DNA from: Amphiscolops sp. MND2022
Taxonomy: Eukaryota
Direction of reading: 5' to 3'
Length of the DNA stretch: 64,000 nt
Assembly: GCA_964187785.1 (NCBI GenBank)
Contig: OZ076410.1
Location: forward strand, 28,396,001-28,460,000
In this document: one piece after another, positions 11,378 through 23,879 of the stretch
Layout of the letters: the number at the start of each line of letters is the position of its first letter
Numbering within the stretch: the stretch's first letter is position 1
The notes under the pieces: model-generated
What the model saw: the letters and a program-made list of their open reading frames with translations, nothing else
The model's database searches: none
What the model was told of the DNA's origin: nothing
Made by a program: the position numbers and the translations under genes

Positions 11378-12085
11378 ATAAAATAATTTTCACCAGTGAC
11401 CGTCTGTTCATGTCAGTCGTTGGGCCAGGAGGTTCCTGGAAAACCAGGTTGATTTTTTCAATGCTTCCGTCTGAAATTCGAGAAAACTTACTATTTCTAC
11501 AAGGAATATCAGCCTTTGTTCAAAGAAATATCAGAAAAACTGGATTTCGAGTTTGTCTCTTGTCTCAATATCCAAATGATCAAACAACTAGAGAATTGTC
11601 TCCATGTCTTTGACAATTCTTGTGAAGAAATTTATCAAGAAAAAGAGTTTGTCAAGTTGGCTGTTGCTGGCAGACCCCGAAACGTACATTGCATCTTCGT
11701 CAAACATAATTTGTTCCATCAGAGTAAGTGGTCGCGTACCATTGATCTCAATACAACACATATCATTCTCTTCAAATCACCCAGAGATTTGCAACAGATT
11801 GATCACTTCGGTAGGCAGTTAAAAAGGTTGACTTTCTTCGAGAAACCTACCTACAGGAAAGCAACATCCGAACCCTACGGACATTTATTGGTTGATTTAG
11901 ATCCAAAAACTAGGGAATATTTACGTTTTGCCTCGAACATCACAGCCCCTGGCCCCAGTATCTTCCATTTACCGTCAGAACTTGCGAGGCAAACGAACCT
12001 ATCAAATGAACGCGAAAAACGTGCTTACACTGAAGCATTGGCAGAGCAGAAAAAGCAAGAAAGAATACAGAAAGTTTCTATGTGA
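11374..12085 (+). pseudogene. FtsK/A32-like DNA packaging ATPase (frameshifted)
   Basis: Walker A-like VVGPGGSWKT, Walker B-like LHVFDN, AGRPRNVHCIFVKHNLF, RTIDLNTTHIILFKSPRD. Confidence 0.88.
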
Positions 12086-12311
12086 ATGTGATCCTGAAAG
12101 CCTCAGGTTTCTCTGCGATTGCGCTTTCAACATTATCAACGGCAACGTACCTTTCGATGTTGAAAAATTATTCCCTTACGAGACACAATTGAAAGTTTTG
12201 TGCGATAGTTCAACGTCGCCCAGGAAACGTCGAAAAACACTCTGCTCAGTCAAAGGAATAAAGTTACTTCAAGAGATAAGTCGGTCTATCAAATCTCATC
12301 TTATGCAATGA
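12006..12311 (+). CDS. Small conserved Maverick protein between ATPase and integrase
   Basis: FLCDCAFNIINGNVPF...YETQLKVL...RKRRKTL pattern; its tail is also present at 1-139. Confidence 0.6.
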   Translation: MNAKNVLTLKHWQSRKSKKEYRKFLCECDPESLRFLCDCAFNIINGNVPFDVEKLFPYETQLKVLCDSSTSPRKRRKTLCSVKGIKLLQEISRSIKSHLMQ

Positions 12312-13838
12312 CTTCCCATGAATTTATTTTGGTTCCGACAGAAAATTACATTGAACAGCAACCAAAAAGCTTGGAAATCCTAGATGATGCAACAATCAAC
12401 GAAAAAGTAAAGATTTTGACTCTTTTGCAGAGACAACAACCACCCAAAGATCCAAAGGAAAACAAGACTCAGTCCACCTTTTCATCAGAACCCGAGCGAG
12501 ACATCATTGAGAAACAGGTTTTGAAATCACTGTCAATGATGAAAACCTGGCAGATAGAAAAATCGAAACCTATTCTCCGGAAAATTCATGACTCACCTGA
12601 TGTATCAATAAACGAAGATGGATTTCTGACAGTTGATGACAAAGCAACATCACTCGAAGCAGCCAACTTTCTCTTCAAATTACAACAACCGAAGACAGGC
12701 TTACATGATCCGGATTATAGAAAAGTTTTGTCAAAACTAGAACTTTCTCCCCAATTAGTCCCCAATTCTGACGCTAAAAAGATTCTGCAGCCCTCTGTTT
12801 TGAGAAAGAAAGTCACCGCTTCGAGAAGCAAAACTCCGAAAAATGTCAAAGAAAGAAGACACTTTCGGAAGATGAATCAGTTAACGAAGATATTGAAAAA
12901 GAAGAGACTACAAAGAGACGTTGGGACCCCCTCTGAGGCCGAGATCCGGAAGCTTGAAGATTTTTACAAAAAGGGACCAGCTGCTTACGGCAGTGTCGAG
13001 AACTTAAAGAAAGCTAGTGGTTTAAGTTTGCGGAAAGTTGAAAATTTCCTGCAGGGTAAGAATGCTCAATCAAAGTATCGCCAGTTTCATCGCCGGTTTC
13101 CACGTCTCAAAGTTATTGCATAGGATATCAACGAAATCTGGTTCATAGATGTTGCATACGTTGACAAGCTGGCAAAATACAATCATGGTGTAAAGTACCT
13201 GTTGGTAGCCGTTGACGTTTTATCACGGAAACTGAGAGTTGAACCAATGCGATCAAAAACTGCCGGGGAAACTGCTAAAACTTTCGCTCGAAGGATTACG
13301 AAGGAGAATCCTGAGAAAGTTTGGGGACCAAATTCAAAGGAGCATTCGAGCGGTTTTGTGAATTACACAATATTGAGATATACACAACTCATAATTAGTC
13401 AAAATCAGCTTTTGCGGAACAAAATATTCGGTCTCTGAAAAAATATAATATACAAACACCTCGAAAATAAAAGGTCTTATCATTATATCAAGGAATTACA
13501 GTCTTTCGTTATGACTAATAATTCTCGTGTCAACAGAATGACTGGCTTAGCCCCTAATAAAGTCAAAAAGCATCATGTATCACGGTTGATTTCATTGACA
13601 GCGGAACGCTCATCCGAACTAGTCAAAAAGCCGAAATTCAAAGTTGGAGACAGAGTTCGTATCGCTAAACAAGATTTGCCCTTCCTTCAAGAAAGGGTAT
13701 AAGCAGAATTTCACTGACGAGATGTTTCGAGTTACCAAAATTGCAACCTTCAACCCACCAACATACTACCTCGCAGATAGTGACGGCGAAGACATTGCCG
13801 GGAAGTTTTACGAACCAGAATTGGTGAAAGCGCGATAA
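12308..13838 (+). pseudogene. Unknown ORF plus Maverick retroviral-like (DDE) integrase, disrupted
   Basis: Same motifs as 136-1675; TAG at 13121-13123, an additional small deletion near 13326 and frameshifts. Confidence 0.88.
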
Positions 13839-13839
13839 A

Positions 13840-14700
13840 ATGAACAATTTTGACATTTACATCGAATCTACTGGGTCAATGGATGCTTACCCCGGCAATA
13901 AAATGGCTGTTTTTCGTAACCTTTTACCTGAACCGTTGCAACTGGACGGGGACTGGAGAGTAGCACTAGCTGAAATTATTTTTCGTTCAAGTATCAAAAA
14001 CATTACCACAACTGGATATATGATATACTCTCCTAAAACACCGTTCGACAACATGGCGCGTCCGATGTCAGATTTGAGCGGTGCGACCATAGTAAGACAG
14101 GAGGATTGGTCCAATAATGCCACCTTCAACGCTGGAGAGTACCTAACAGTGGATGAAATGCTGAAACTGTTGGAACTTGGGACCTCTACAAAAAAGCCTT
14201 TAGCTAAGGCTGAAATACAAGACAACCGAGTGCAGCTGAAATTCAATCAAGGTTACGGTCTTAGTTTCCACGACCGGAGTATCTTGAATGTTTTAGGCTT
14301 CAACAATGTACCAGATACGATTCGCGGTGATTTTTTTATTGGCTCCAATAAACTGGTTCAAGAGCAAGCTCAGCCAATCAAAAGTGACTTTCCCATTGAT
14401 ATTACTTCTGGAACCGAAAGTTTCTTTGTCTATTGTATTATGATAGAAAAACAAAACATTGTAGGAAGCAAGGCGCCTATTTTACGTGTCATTGACACAA
14501 AAAGAAAGCTGAAAGACGGTGGTCTCACGGTGACATCGACAACTACCCATAGAAGTTTTCGTGAGTTGCAATATAAAAAGTTAGTTTTGAGCTCCATCCC
14601 AGAGATTTTCATTGAACTAGTTACTGCTACTGGGGACTACGATCCATTTGTGGGAACTGGTAGGGTTGTTCTCACACTCAAGTTCAGGAAGTGTGACTAA
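13840..14700 (+). CDS. Maverick minor capsid (penton) protein
   Basis: Intact 286-aa ORF; FRNLLPEPLQLDGDWRVALAEI N-terminus and VGSKAPILRVI...LTLKFRK C-terminus; position before core and MCP. Confidence 0.8.
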   Translation: MNNFDIYIESTGSMDAYPGNKMAVFRNLLPEPLQLDGDWRVALAEIIFRSSIKNITTTGYMIYSPKTPFDNMARPMSDLSGATIVRQEDWSNNATFNAGEYLTVDEMLKLLELGTSTKKPLAKAEIQDNRVQLKFNQGYGLSFHDRSILNVLGFNNVPDTIRGDFFIGSNKLVQEQAQPIKSDFPIDITSGTESFFVYCIMIEKQNIVGSKAPILRVIDTKRKLKDGGLTVTSTTTHRSFRELQYKKLVLSSIPEIFIELVTATGDYDPFVGTGRVVLTLKFRKCD

Positions 14701-14701
14701 A

Positions 14702-15074
14702 ATGCAAAACTACTATTCTCGCCAAGCAACCTTGCCTCATTTTTCCGGACATGCGCGTCAGAGGGGTAATGGAATTGGATCGCTGGCACTAGGGAGTGGG
14801 ACGAGTTGCGTTACCATTTGCCAAAAAAGTTCTCTTACCCGCTGTCAAGTCTATGGGCAAAGATTTACTTGTTCAAAGTTTACCCGAATTGATGGAAGTT
14901 GCCTCAAAGAAGAAATCTTTCAAACGAGCCGCGAAGTCAGCTCTGAAGAAAACAGTCAAAAAACAAGTAGGTGGAAGATCACAGCGGAAATCAAAGAAGA
15001 AAAACAGTCGACGTAAAAGAAAGCTACTGAGAAGTCGGTCCGATTTTTTCACTAAAGTCAAAAATGTCACCTAA
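14702..15074 (+). pseudogene. Small basic core-like protein, frameshifted
   Basis: RQRGNGIGSL plus K/R-rich tail; same +1 frameshift as in 2327-2699. Confidence 0.65.
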
Positions 15075-16383
15075 TAATTTACCCGTCGAGGCTAACCATA
15101 GCAGCTTGGATCTCTTCAAAAAGCCTTCACTACTCGTTACTTTTCATACCTCTTTCGAGCAGAAAGTTGGACCTCTGTATGCTCCCAACGGTCCTACTTC
15201 GGAGTTCGAAGTAGTTGGAGATCGCACTAATTTCATCGACCTTCAAAACATTTATTTGGAAGTCAAGTGTATATTTTTACAAGCCAACAGAAACAACCTG
15301 CGATATGACGCGACGGATGCTTTTCTCACTGATTCGCCTTGTTTCGTTAACAATACTCTATATTCTCTATTTTTTGATTGCACGGTTTCGGCGAATGGTT
15401 TCAAGATTTCGTCATCGAATGGTTACTATGCACAGAAAGCATTTCTCGAGACCGAGTTTTCTCACGAAAAAGAAGCCAAGGACACTTGGCTGAAATGTCA
15501 AGGTCATTCTTATGAGAAATCACCTGCTACCTTCACAGGTGCTACCTTCACCACCCGACAAGGAGAAACAAAGGAGTCTACTACCATTAATTTCATTGGA
15601 AAAGTTGCTGCTGATGTTTTTTCCTGTGACAAGCATCTTCTCAGTGGGGTTACACTTCGTATATCTTTCCTGAGAAGCCGTCCCAATTTCAGTTTGATAT
15701 ACGATGACGATGCCAAAGATTACAAGATCGAAATTTCTCAAGCAAACTTGACTGTACGCAAAATGACAGTATCTGAAAACGTTTACTCGGCGCTCGAAAG
15801 TACACTGGCTAAAGCTTCGGCTATGTATCGCTATACCGAAATCATTCCAAAAACGTTCAACATTTCCAAGGGTTCGAAAAGCTGGAATCATGAAGACATT
15901 TTCAATCGTGAGCCAATTAGACGTTTTGCGCTAGCCATGACCACGAATTCGTCTTTTCTTGGCGCGAAAAGGGAAAACCCTTTCCACTTCCGTAAGTTTG
16001 ACTTGGAGAGTATAACTGTCTTGCGGAATGGTTATCCTATTGCCGGAACTCCTTTGCAGACAGACAATAACAAAAAACTGTATTTGAATTCGTTGGAAGC
16101 TCTGGCTTTCAGTTCCCACGGACATGGTATTCCAATCGATGATTTCCCTGATCATTATGTTTTAGTTTTCAACCTAACCAGCACGCAACAAGCATTGCAT
16201 GATTACTTGTATCCTGAGTTGACTAACGGATCAATTTCAATCGATTTGCGATTCTCGAAGGACATATCAGACGGTCTAGAACTTTTCTTCTTGGGTGAAC
16301 GATCTTCAACTATCTACATCAATTCTGCTCGAAAAATTCGCAAAAACTTTTATCTGGAGAGCGAAAGTGACACAAAAAAAATG
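15064..16383 (+). CDS. Maverick major capsid protein (open; reads through into the protease)
   Basis: First ~440 aa of ORF 15064-16752; MCP motifs as at 2689-4006. Confidence 0.88.
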
Positions 16384-16790
16384 ATTGGCGAAATTGCACT
16401 CTGGGAACTCAAAAACAAATGCAAACATCTCAAGTTCAAATTTTCAGGAGTCTATGCTGCGGATAATTTTCCCTTAGCCCTTGACAGAAATACTTTCGTT
16501 TTCGTTAACTCGGATAAAGCGGAAGCACCTGGTACCCACTGGCTCCTTTATTGTAATCGAGAAGTATTTGCCTTCGGCAATCCGCTTGGACTACCTCTAT
16601 CCTATTATGAAGAAATATACAAGCGATTGCAATTCAAAAGTTCACAGTCACGGAACTTGTTAAACATCAACTCCAGAAGCCAACTTCTAATCTGTGTGGT
16701 TTATACTGTTTATACATTGCTCATTATGTGTTCAGTTCTCATTTTCCAATGATACCTACAATATCGGAAGTTGAACTCTTACGTTTTGTA
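16381..16790 (+). pseudogene. Adenain-like cysteine protease, C-terminally frameshifted
   Basis: FSGVYAADNFP, FVFVNSD...PGTHWLL, AFGNPLG. A second frame at ~16670-16740 carries a Q...SNLCGLYC-type catalytic-Cys segment. Confidence 0.82.
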
Positions 16791-17048
16791 AAACATACTC
16801 TCTATTTCTGCTGTTTTTAATTGTTCTTCGAAAATAAAAGTTGTATCGTCAATTTTTTTTCAAAATCAATCAGATCTTAGAACAAAAGAAATTGATTCAG
16901 TTTGTTGTATTCCGTGTTCGTCAACCATGATATCAGTTATTCTCAGGAAACTAGCAGCACGACTTCCGTTCAGAATATCAGTTATGCGTTCAAGAAAACA
17001 GTTGGACATTTCTCCCGTTTGCACTGCAATGTTTCTCATCGATTTGGG

Positions 17049-17345
17049 TCAAGGGATTTTTTCTTGGTTTCTTTTTGCCTGCTTGAAAAATGAATTTTCA
17101 CCCAATTGTTCGTTGTAATGAACAACGCGTTTTAGTTTTAGGAATATTTGCCCACTTTGATGAAGCGATTGGCTTTCATGCAACAAGAGAAAATATGTTG
17201 AATCAACACAAGGAACTCTATGCTCGCCTTGTTTAGGAGGCTTGTGCCCATCAATTTCGAGTAGCAGGTGATAGTGTTTTTCTCTAACTGGACAGAAGAT
17301 ATCATGATCATCCGTATGAAGATCGAAGGCGTAATTGTTTGACAT
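17049..17345 (-). CDS. Unknown Maverick accessory ORF (contains KHYHLLL)
   Basis: ORF track; probably a fragment of a longer decayed ORF. Confidence 0.35.
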   Translation of the reverse strand: MSNNYAFDLHTDDHDIFCPVREKHYHLLLEIDGHKPPKQGEHRVPCVDSTYFLLLHESQSLHQSGQIFLKLKRVVHYNEQLGENSFFKQAKRNQEKIP

Positions 17346-17528
17346 TTCCGGTGATATTTTTGGCTCTGTGTAAGCTATGAAGTACCTGAAGTTTTTGCGA
17401 AATTTGAGAAAGTAATCAGGCGTTTATTCGATCATTGCTTCAACTATTTCAACTGAAAAACTTCCTATTTTTACTTTTAAGCTCATTGTTGTTCTTAAAT
17501 GGATGGAAAAGAAGTTTATTTGAAAAGT

Positions 17529-17813
17529 TTAAATATTTATTGAAAACTCATCACATTTGAAACAGAATTGAATTAGTTTAACATTTACTAATTTTTCTTG
17601 AAGGTGACGATGCAATTGGCGTGTCTGGTCTTTTGAGTGTGCAAGGCAACGGTTCCTTCTGCAGGTCCGTAGCAGCCCCATGCTGATATTCTCCACGTTG
17701 TTTATAATTTCTTGAAATTCTTGTACAGTCAGTGTAATTCGTTCATCGATGTAAAAGTCGTCGTCTGATCCTTTCTTGAAGAGTTTGAGGGAAATGTAGG
17801 AAGCTGTCTCCAT
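17529..17813 (-). CDS. Small accessory ORF, possibly PC4-like ssDNA-binding
   Basis: YISLKLFK...RITLTVQEFQEII pattern. Confidence 0.35.
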   Translation of the reverse strand: METASYISLKLFKKGSDDDFYIDERITLTVQEFQEIINNVENISMGLLRTCRRNRCLAHSKDQTRQLHRHLQEKLVNVKLIQFCFKCDEFSINI

Positions 17814-18264
17814 ATTCTTGATCGGTTGTGGAATTGTAGGGCCGGCTCATTTGATTTTTATAATGAAATGTTATTTCTAAGATTTGCGATCTCAACAGTC
17901 AACTGTCGGCTTTGGTGATTTCAAGCTAATGACTATGTCTGTTCTCGTAAAGTGATAAGTACTCTCAATACCATGCGCACGTGAAACAGCTTAGGGTCAC
18001 TATTTCTCGGTTTCTGAACAAATTTTTATCTTTTGTTTACAAAGTTTCTCGTTTGTTAATCTTGAAAGTATCCGGTCCGCAAGTTATGAATCATTTCAAA
18101 CACCGTTATCTCGTATCAATGTTATGACCGTTTGTTTTATTGTTTAGACGTAGTACATGTAACTAGGGTTATAAACAAATTTTGTTTACATGAATAGACT
18201 TCTCTTAAACAGTTTCTGGTCACTTTGATAAAGAACGATTCAACATTCAGTTTTTTGGAGAACA

Positions 18265-18963
18265 ATGAAACTTCAAATTCAAACTTTCACTGATTCTGAT
18301 GATTCTCTGCGTTTCACTTTCAATGAAAGTTGGTTCAATAAACCCAATATCGTCGTTAAAGAGGAACGATTCAGCGATGAGGACTGGTCTGTGGTCAATT
18401 CCTTAGCAATTCCTAAAAATCTCTTCAGTGTTCTCATGTCAACTAGTCCCGCGCCAAGTTTGAGCTCTAATCTTTCTCTAGGTGTGACAGATGACACAAC
18501 TTATCGAGCTAAAAAAGTTGAAGATCGACTACATCTACCCTTACACGTTCGAAAAAAACTTCTGGATCGTGATTGTGAAGAATTACCGCTGTATGAGAAC
18601 CAGACCGTGTATTTTAACGATGTAGAAACTCTGGAATGGTTCTGGGATATACCGAAAGACGACGGAAAGTTGCATCATGGATCTGATGCCGACACGAACC
18701 TATCTCTCCCGAACACTATACCTGAATGTGATGGTGGCATTTTCATCTGTGAGACGCCTAGTACCGCAGCTGCTTTGGAGACGCCACCATGCTTGATCAA
18801 CACAGATGGGGAGGAAACTTCCATGCGTGAGTCCCCCTCCACTCCGGAAACGAAAGATCCAATGGATCATATAGATTGTCCCCCTGCACCGAAAAAACGA
18901 AGAATCATCAAACGACCTAGTATCCCCATCAAAGTGCGACCTCTCACCTTTTCCGAGTTCTAG
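18265..18963 (+). CDS. Unknown acidic/Pro-rich protein with C-terminal basic NLS-like motif
   Basis: Intact 232-aa ORF; PAPKKRRIIKRP. Confidence 0.6.
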   Translation: MKLQIQTFTDSDDSLRFTFNESWFNKPNIVVKEERFSDEDWSVVNSLAIPKNLFSVLMSTSPAPSLSSNLSLGVTDDTTYRAKKVEDRLHLPLHVRKKLLDRDCEELPLYENQTVYFNDVETLEWFWDIPKDDGKLHHGSDADTNLSLPNTIPECDGGIFICETPSTAAALETPPCLINTDGEETSMRESPSTPETKDPMDHIDCPPAPKKRRIIKRPSIPIKVRPLTFSEF

Positions 18964-19379
18964 TGTTTTTTCCTCTAATTTTGTTGATTATGTTTAATCG
19001 TGCTTCGCTTTAAATACACCGTACCTTGTTAATCATGCTTCTTTTTCGATACATCGTAACATTTTTCTGTAAATTAATTTTAATATGGCTTGTTTTTTCT
19101 CATTTCGATGTTGAGGTGTTCATCCTTAAGTTTGTCTAGGCAGAGCTTGGTTTTCTTTTTAAAAAGTTGTTAGCAAACGGAGCCTTTGGGCAAATATTTG
19201 TTCATTTACATGATAGTTTTATTGCTTGCAATTTTTATGAGTTGACCCAGTTTTGGGGAAAAAGCGTTAGTCACAGCTTGTGTCATAAATTTATTATAAC
19301 TTGTAAGCATTTCGCGAGACAATTTTCTCGAGATACAAGTTCTCTCATTATTTTTCGCTAATACCTCAAGTTGAGTTGA

Positions 19380-22300
19380 AAATGATCTGAGAAACATTCA
19401 CGGAGAGACTCCTCTGCTTAGGAAAGATTTAAAATGTACTCAGTGTAATTTCACCTGCACGTCAGTGTCGGAACGCAAGCTACATAAACAAACGGCCCGT
19501 TCACTACACGACACGAAATTGTGTATTTATTGTAGGAAAGTTTTCCACTCTCTGAAGTCTTTCAATTCTCATCTGTCGAGTGTTCATTCCCTTCCACCTG
19601 TATTGTCTTCTCAAAACGAGAGAACTCATCGTCCTGAAATTTCAGCTCTTGATGGCATCGCTGATTCCTTCTTCTTGAAAGCCAGTCCGAATGACTACGA
19701 TTTTTTCAAATTTATGATTGAACAAAAGCCAATAACCAAAGAGATAATATCCGAAAGTCTTCAAACAGAATCTCGAAAAGTAGAATTTTCCGCTGATTTG
19801 ATCGTAGAAAAGCCAGCTGTCTCTATTGACGATGATGGACAAGAAATAGCCTTTCATGTCAATTCCAAGCTAGAAGCAGTGTATCTTGCTGATGGTCTCT
19901 CTGATGATGCCTTTTCTCGGATGCTCGACAAAATGCTTACAAGTGTTATGAGCTTCTCCTCCCATGGGAGTGGTTGGATCCTGCAGAAGATTATCGGATT
20001 GAATATTCAACTAGTTTTCCATGTTCCCATCCGCGCGTCGTCCTTTATTGCACTACCATCTTCTTTGTAAAGCATGGCTTGCTTGCTCAACATTCGAAAC
20101 CGTAACGATAACAATTGTTTTCTCTAATGTTATGTCGCCGCTGGCACTTCAAATTTGGCCCAAGTCTTCTTTACAACGTTAGTTGGCGCTTGCGTACAAG
20201 TCCTGAGACGTATAGCAGGTCTAATTTACTGGCACACCAACCTGTTGGTGGTTTTGAAATGCCAATGGAATTTAATCAGATTCCCAAGTTCGAGCGCTTC
20301 AATAATGTTCAAGTCAATGTCTTTCATTAACGAAAGAAGACGTTGATTCCTGTTCTCATCTCAAAAAATAAAGATTCTCGCTTTGTTATTGACTTGCTAT
20401 TACTTACTGATGGACAGAGGCATCATTATGTTTAGATCAAAGATCTCAAAGTGTTTGTTAATAAAATTAGAGGCTTGTCTCCTCGTTCAGGTACTGTACT
20501 TTGTCGAAATTGCTTCCATATTTGCTCAACTGACGAAATTTATCAACGTCATGTTCAATCCTGCTTAGAACACGAAGCCGCCACAATCAAAATGCCTCCA
20601 CCGGAGAAAAGCACGCTTTGTTTCCTGAATTATCAAGCAAAATGGTTTGTTCCTTTTGTAATTTACTTTGATTTTGAATCCTTGACAAAGCCCGAACAGA
20701 GTTGTTCAAATAACCCAGACGGAAGTTTTTCCCAGACGATTGAACTTAACGAACCTTGTGGCTTCTGTGTAGCTGTTGTCGAACTTGACAATCCAAAACC
20801 AGTTTTCATGAAAGTTGAAAGATCACCAAAATGCATGCAGAGTTTCGCTATACTGCTACAACAACTAGCTAAAGATTTTTACGGTAAGAAACAGTTACAT
20901 CGAGTCTACCATGGACAACCTCCTTGCGCTAATTATTCTGTTTGCTGGTTGTGTGAAGCTCCTCTAAGCACAACTGAGAGAGTGGTAGATCATTGTCATT
21001 CCACTGGAAAATTCTTGTGTTTCGCGCATAGTAAATGCAACCTTAAGCGACGAACTGTCAATTATATTCCTGTAGTGGCGCACAATTTATCAAATTATGA
21101 TCTCCTTCACATTTGCAAAAATCTACATTTCTTCTCAGAAGATTGTCGAGTTCAAGGTTTACCGCTGAATACGAAAAATATGTTTTTCTCTCCAATGGTT
21201 TCAAAGTTGACACCTACATTGATTCACGCGGTGTCGAAAAGAACGTTTATGAATACCTACGTTTCATTGATTCATACAGATTCATGGCTTCTTCCTTGGA
21301 AAAGTTAGTTAGTTTTTTGCCAAAAGATAGCTTTCATCTCCTTGATCTTACTTTCTCAGACCATAGCCAAGCAGACTGTGAACTCCTCTATCAGAAGGGA
21401 TATTACCCCTACTCTTATTTCGATTCTCATGTAACGTTCAATGAAAAACAACTTCCTCCTAGAAAGTTCTGAACCAATTCCCTACAAGATGGTGCAATAT
21501 CAATTTCGGAAACTGAATTTGAGCACGCTAAGCACGTATTTGCTGTTTTTAATTGTGAAACTCTGGGAGACTATCATGATCTGTATTTATTCAGCGACAC
21601 ACTTTTGATAGCTTGTGTTTTCGAAGCATTCCGCAAGATAACTTTCTCAACTTATGGTCTCGACAGTGTCCACTTTTTTTCTTTCTCAAACCTATCTGGG
21701 GATGCTTTCCTTAGAGTCAGTGGAGATGACGTCGAGCTTCTGACGAATAGAGAACATCTCGAGATGGCAGAAAATCTCAAAAGAGGTGGTGTTGCTTCAG
21801 TTTTTTCAAAACGTCTAGCGACGATGAATAATGAGTATTTGACTACCTATGACGAAATGAAAGCCACAACTTCTGCTATAATGTTGGACGCGAATAACTT
21901 CTACGGAGGAATTATGGAGAAATTTCTTTTACCTCTGAAAGATTTTGCAATGGATACAGAGACTCAGCTGAGTAAAATTCTAGCTACACCTAACGAATCG
22001 ACTGTTGGTTATGTTCTAGAAGTTGATTTAGAATATCCTGACTCTCTTCATAATCTTCACAAAGATTTTCCCCTGGCACCAACCAAGGAGAAGGTGGAAA
22101 CTGATTGTTTATCGGATTATCAGTTATCTCTTTTACAAACAATCGGTCAGAAGCGAATAGTCACCCAGAAATTAGTTCAAACTCTTCACCACAAACAAAA
22201 CTAGACTATTCATTACATCACTCTCAAACTGTACGTTAGTCTTGGATTAAAGGTTACGAAAGTTCACCGCGTCTTGAAATTTACTCAAGCGAAATGGATG

Positions 22301-23260
22301 GAACCTTACATCATTTTGAACACAGATACGCGAGCCAAATCAACTAACAAGTTCGAAGAGTCATTCTTCAAGTTGATGAACAACTCATGCTATGGCAAAA
22401 CGCTTGAGAGGAAGAGGAACAGAGTAGCTGTAAAATCACTTTGGAGCCGTGAAGAAGTTCTGGATAACACTGACAAAGCCTTGTGCAAATCGGTGAAGAT
22501 TTTCGACGAGAACCTTATCGCTGTGACACTCCGAAAAAGCGAAATTGTCTGGGATACACCCACAATTGTAGGAGCTTGCATTTTGGACCTTGCAAAGTAC
22601 CATGTGTACCAGTTCCACTATAAGGTGAGCTTTTTCTGGTATTTATTCATTCGTCTTAGCTCTAGCTCTTTGTATGCTCTTAGATTTTTGTAACTCTTGA
22701 ATAACATGCAGTCTCTTCTTTCCGGTGATGAAGCTGAATTTCGATTATTCTCTACTCTACTCAGTCACTGATTCTCTGTTATAGGAGATTCGAGGAGATG
22801 ATTTTTACAAAAAGCTGTCCAATGACACCCTTCTAAAGCAACATTTTGACTTTTCGAACTACCCACCTGACCATTTCTTGTACAACACTGAAAACAAAAT
22901 GGTGACACTGAAGTTTAAGGAGGAAATGAGGGCCTCCGCTATCAAGGAATTCGTTGGTCTGAAAGCCAAAATGTATTCTACTGTTTATGAAGACAAACAG
23001 AAGATGTCTGCGAAAGGTGTTTGCCGGTATGCTCAGTCTTCTCTCAATCACGAGGTCTACAGAAATGTTCTGATGACAGGAAGTTTGATGCGGTCTACCA
23101 ACATCAGAATTGGGGCACAGAAGCATATCCTGCGAACGATCCGAAATTAGCAAATTTCTCTATCTGCTTTCGACGATAAACGATTCATTCTCGAAGACGG
23201 AATCACATGTTTACCGTTCGGACACTTTGAAATTCGAGATCTTCCAGTGTTCCGTGAGAT
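19380..23260 (+). pseudogene. Protein-primed family B DNA polymerase with EndoVII-like insertion, N-terminal zinc finger and probable intron
   Basis: CIYCRKVF...HLSSVH; N.DNNCF; YFDFES; VVDHCHSTGKF..FAHSKCN; HNLSNYD; FIDSYRFM; KGYYPYSY; DANNFYG; KLMNNSCYGK; YSVTDS; FKEE..EFVGLKAKMYS; many stops and frameshifts. Confidence 0.93.
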
Positions 23261-23879
23261 TGTACAAGATGATGACTGGGGTTCTTCTCAGAGTCTTGAA
23301 ACTGTAACAAACGGACAAAATGAACTGGCTTCATCACCTTCCTGGTCCCAAATTGTCAACGTTTTCAATGTCTCACCTCCTAGTAAGGTCCCATCGCTGG
23401 TTGATTTAGTTGTAAGTGATGAGTCAGATCAATATGTGGACTCGGAAATGTTATCCCCCTCGTCTGTTCATATTTTCTCGCGCCAGATCCTGGTTTCAAT
23501 CAACGCGCCTACTCTGACGACGAACGTGAGGATTTAGCTGACTTCAACGAGGACACTGCCGACTATTCATTGACAAGAGGACGTAACCCCTTCATAGACG
23601 TCAAGGCGCAGGAAATAGACGAGAGTTTTGTGATATCTGATTCTGAAACACCCACAATTGCCTACACCCAGGTACCAACTTCGCCGTCATTGTTTCAACC
23701 CAATCCCAAACGTAGACGAGTTGTTGTTATCTCTAGTGACAGTGATGAGTATTTTTTCTGTTCTTTTTTCAGTCTTTTCTTTGTGATCTTACCGGAAATT
23801 GAATGATTCTTGAGTTTTTCTAGTCTTTTTTCAGAAGCTTTGCAGGAAAAACTACGTTGAAAAAAAAGACAAAACATCT

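Noticed and set aside
15064-16752. 562-aa ORF as a genuine single capsid polyprotein
   Set aside because: The sister copy has a stop overlapping the protease ATG; the fusion depends on one extra A.
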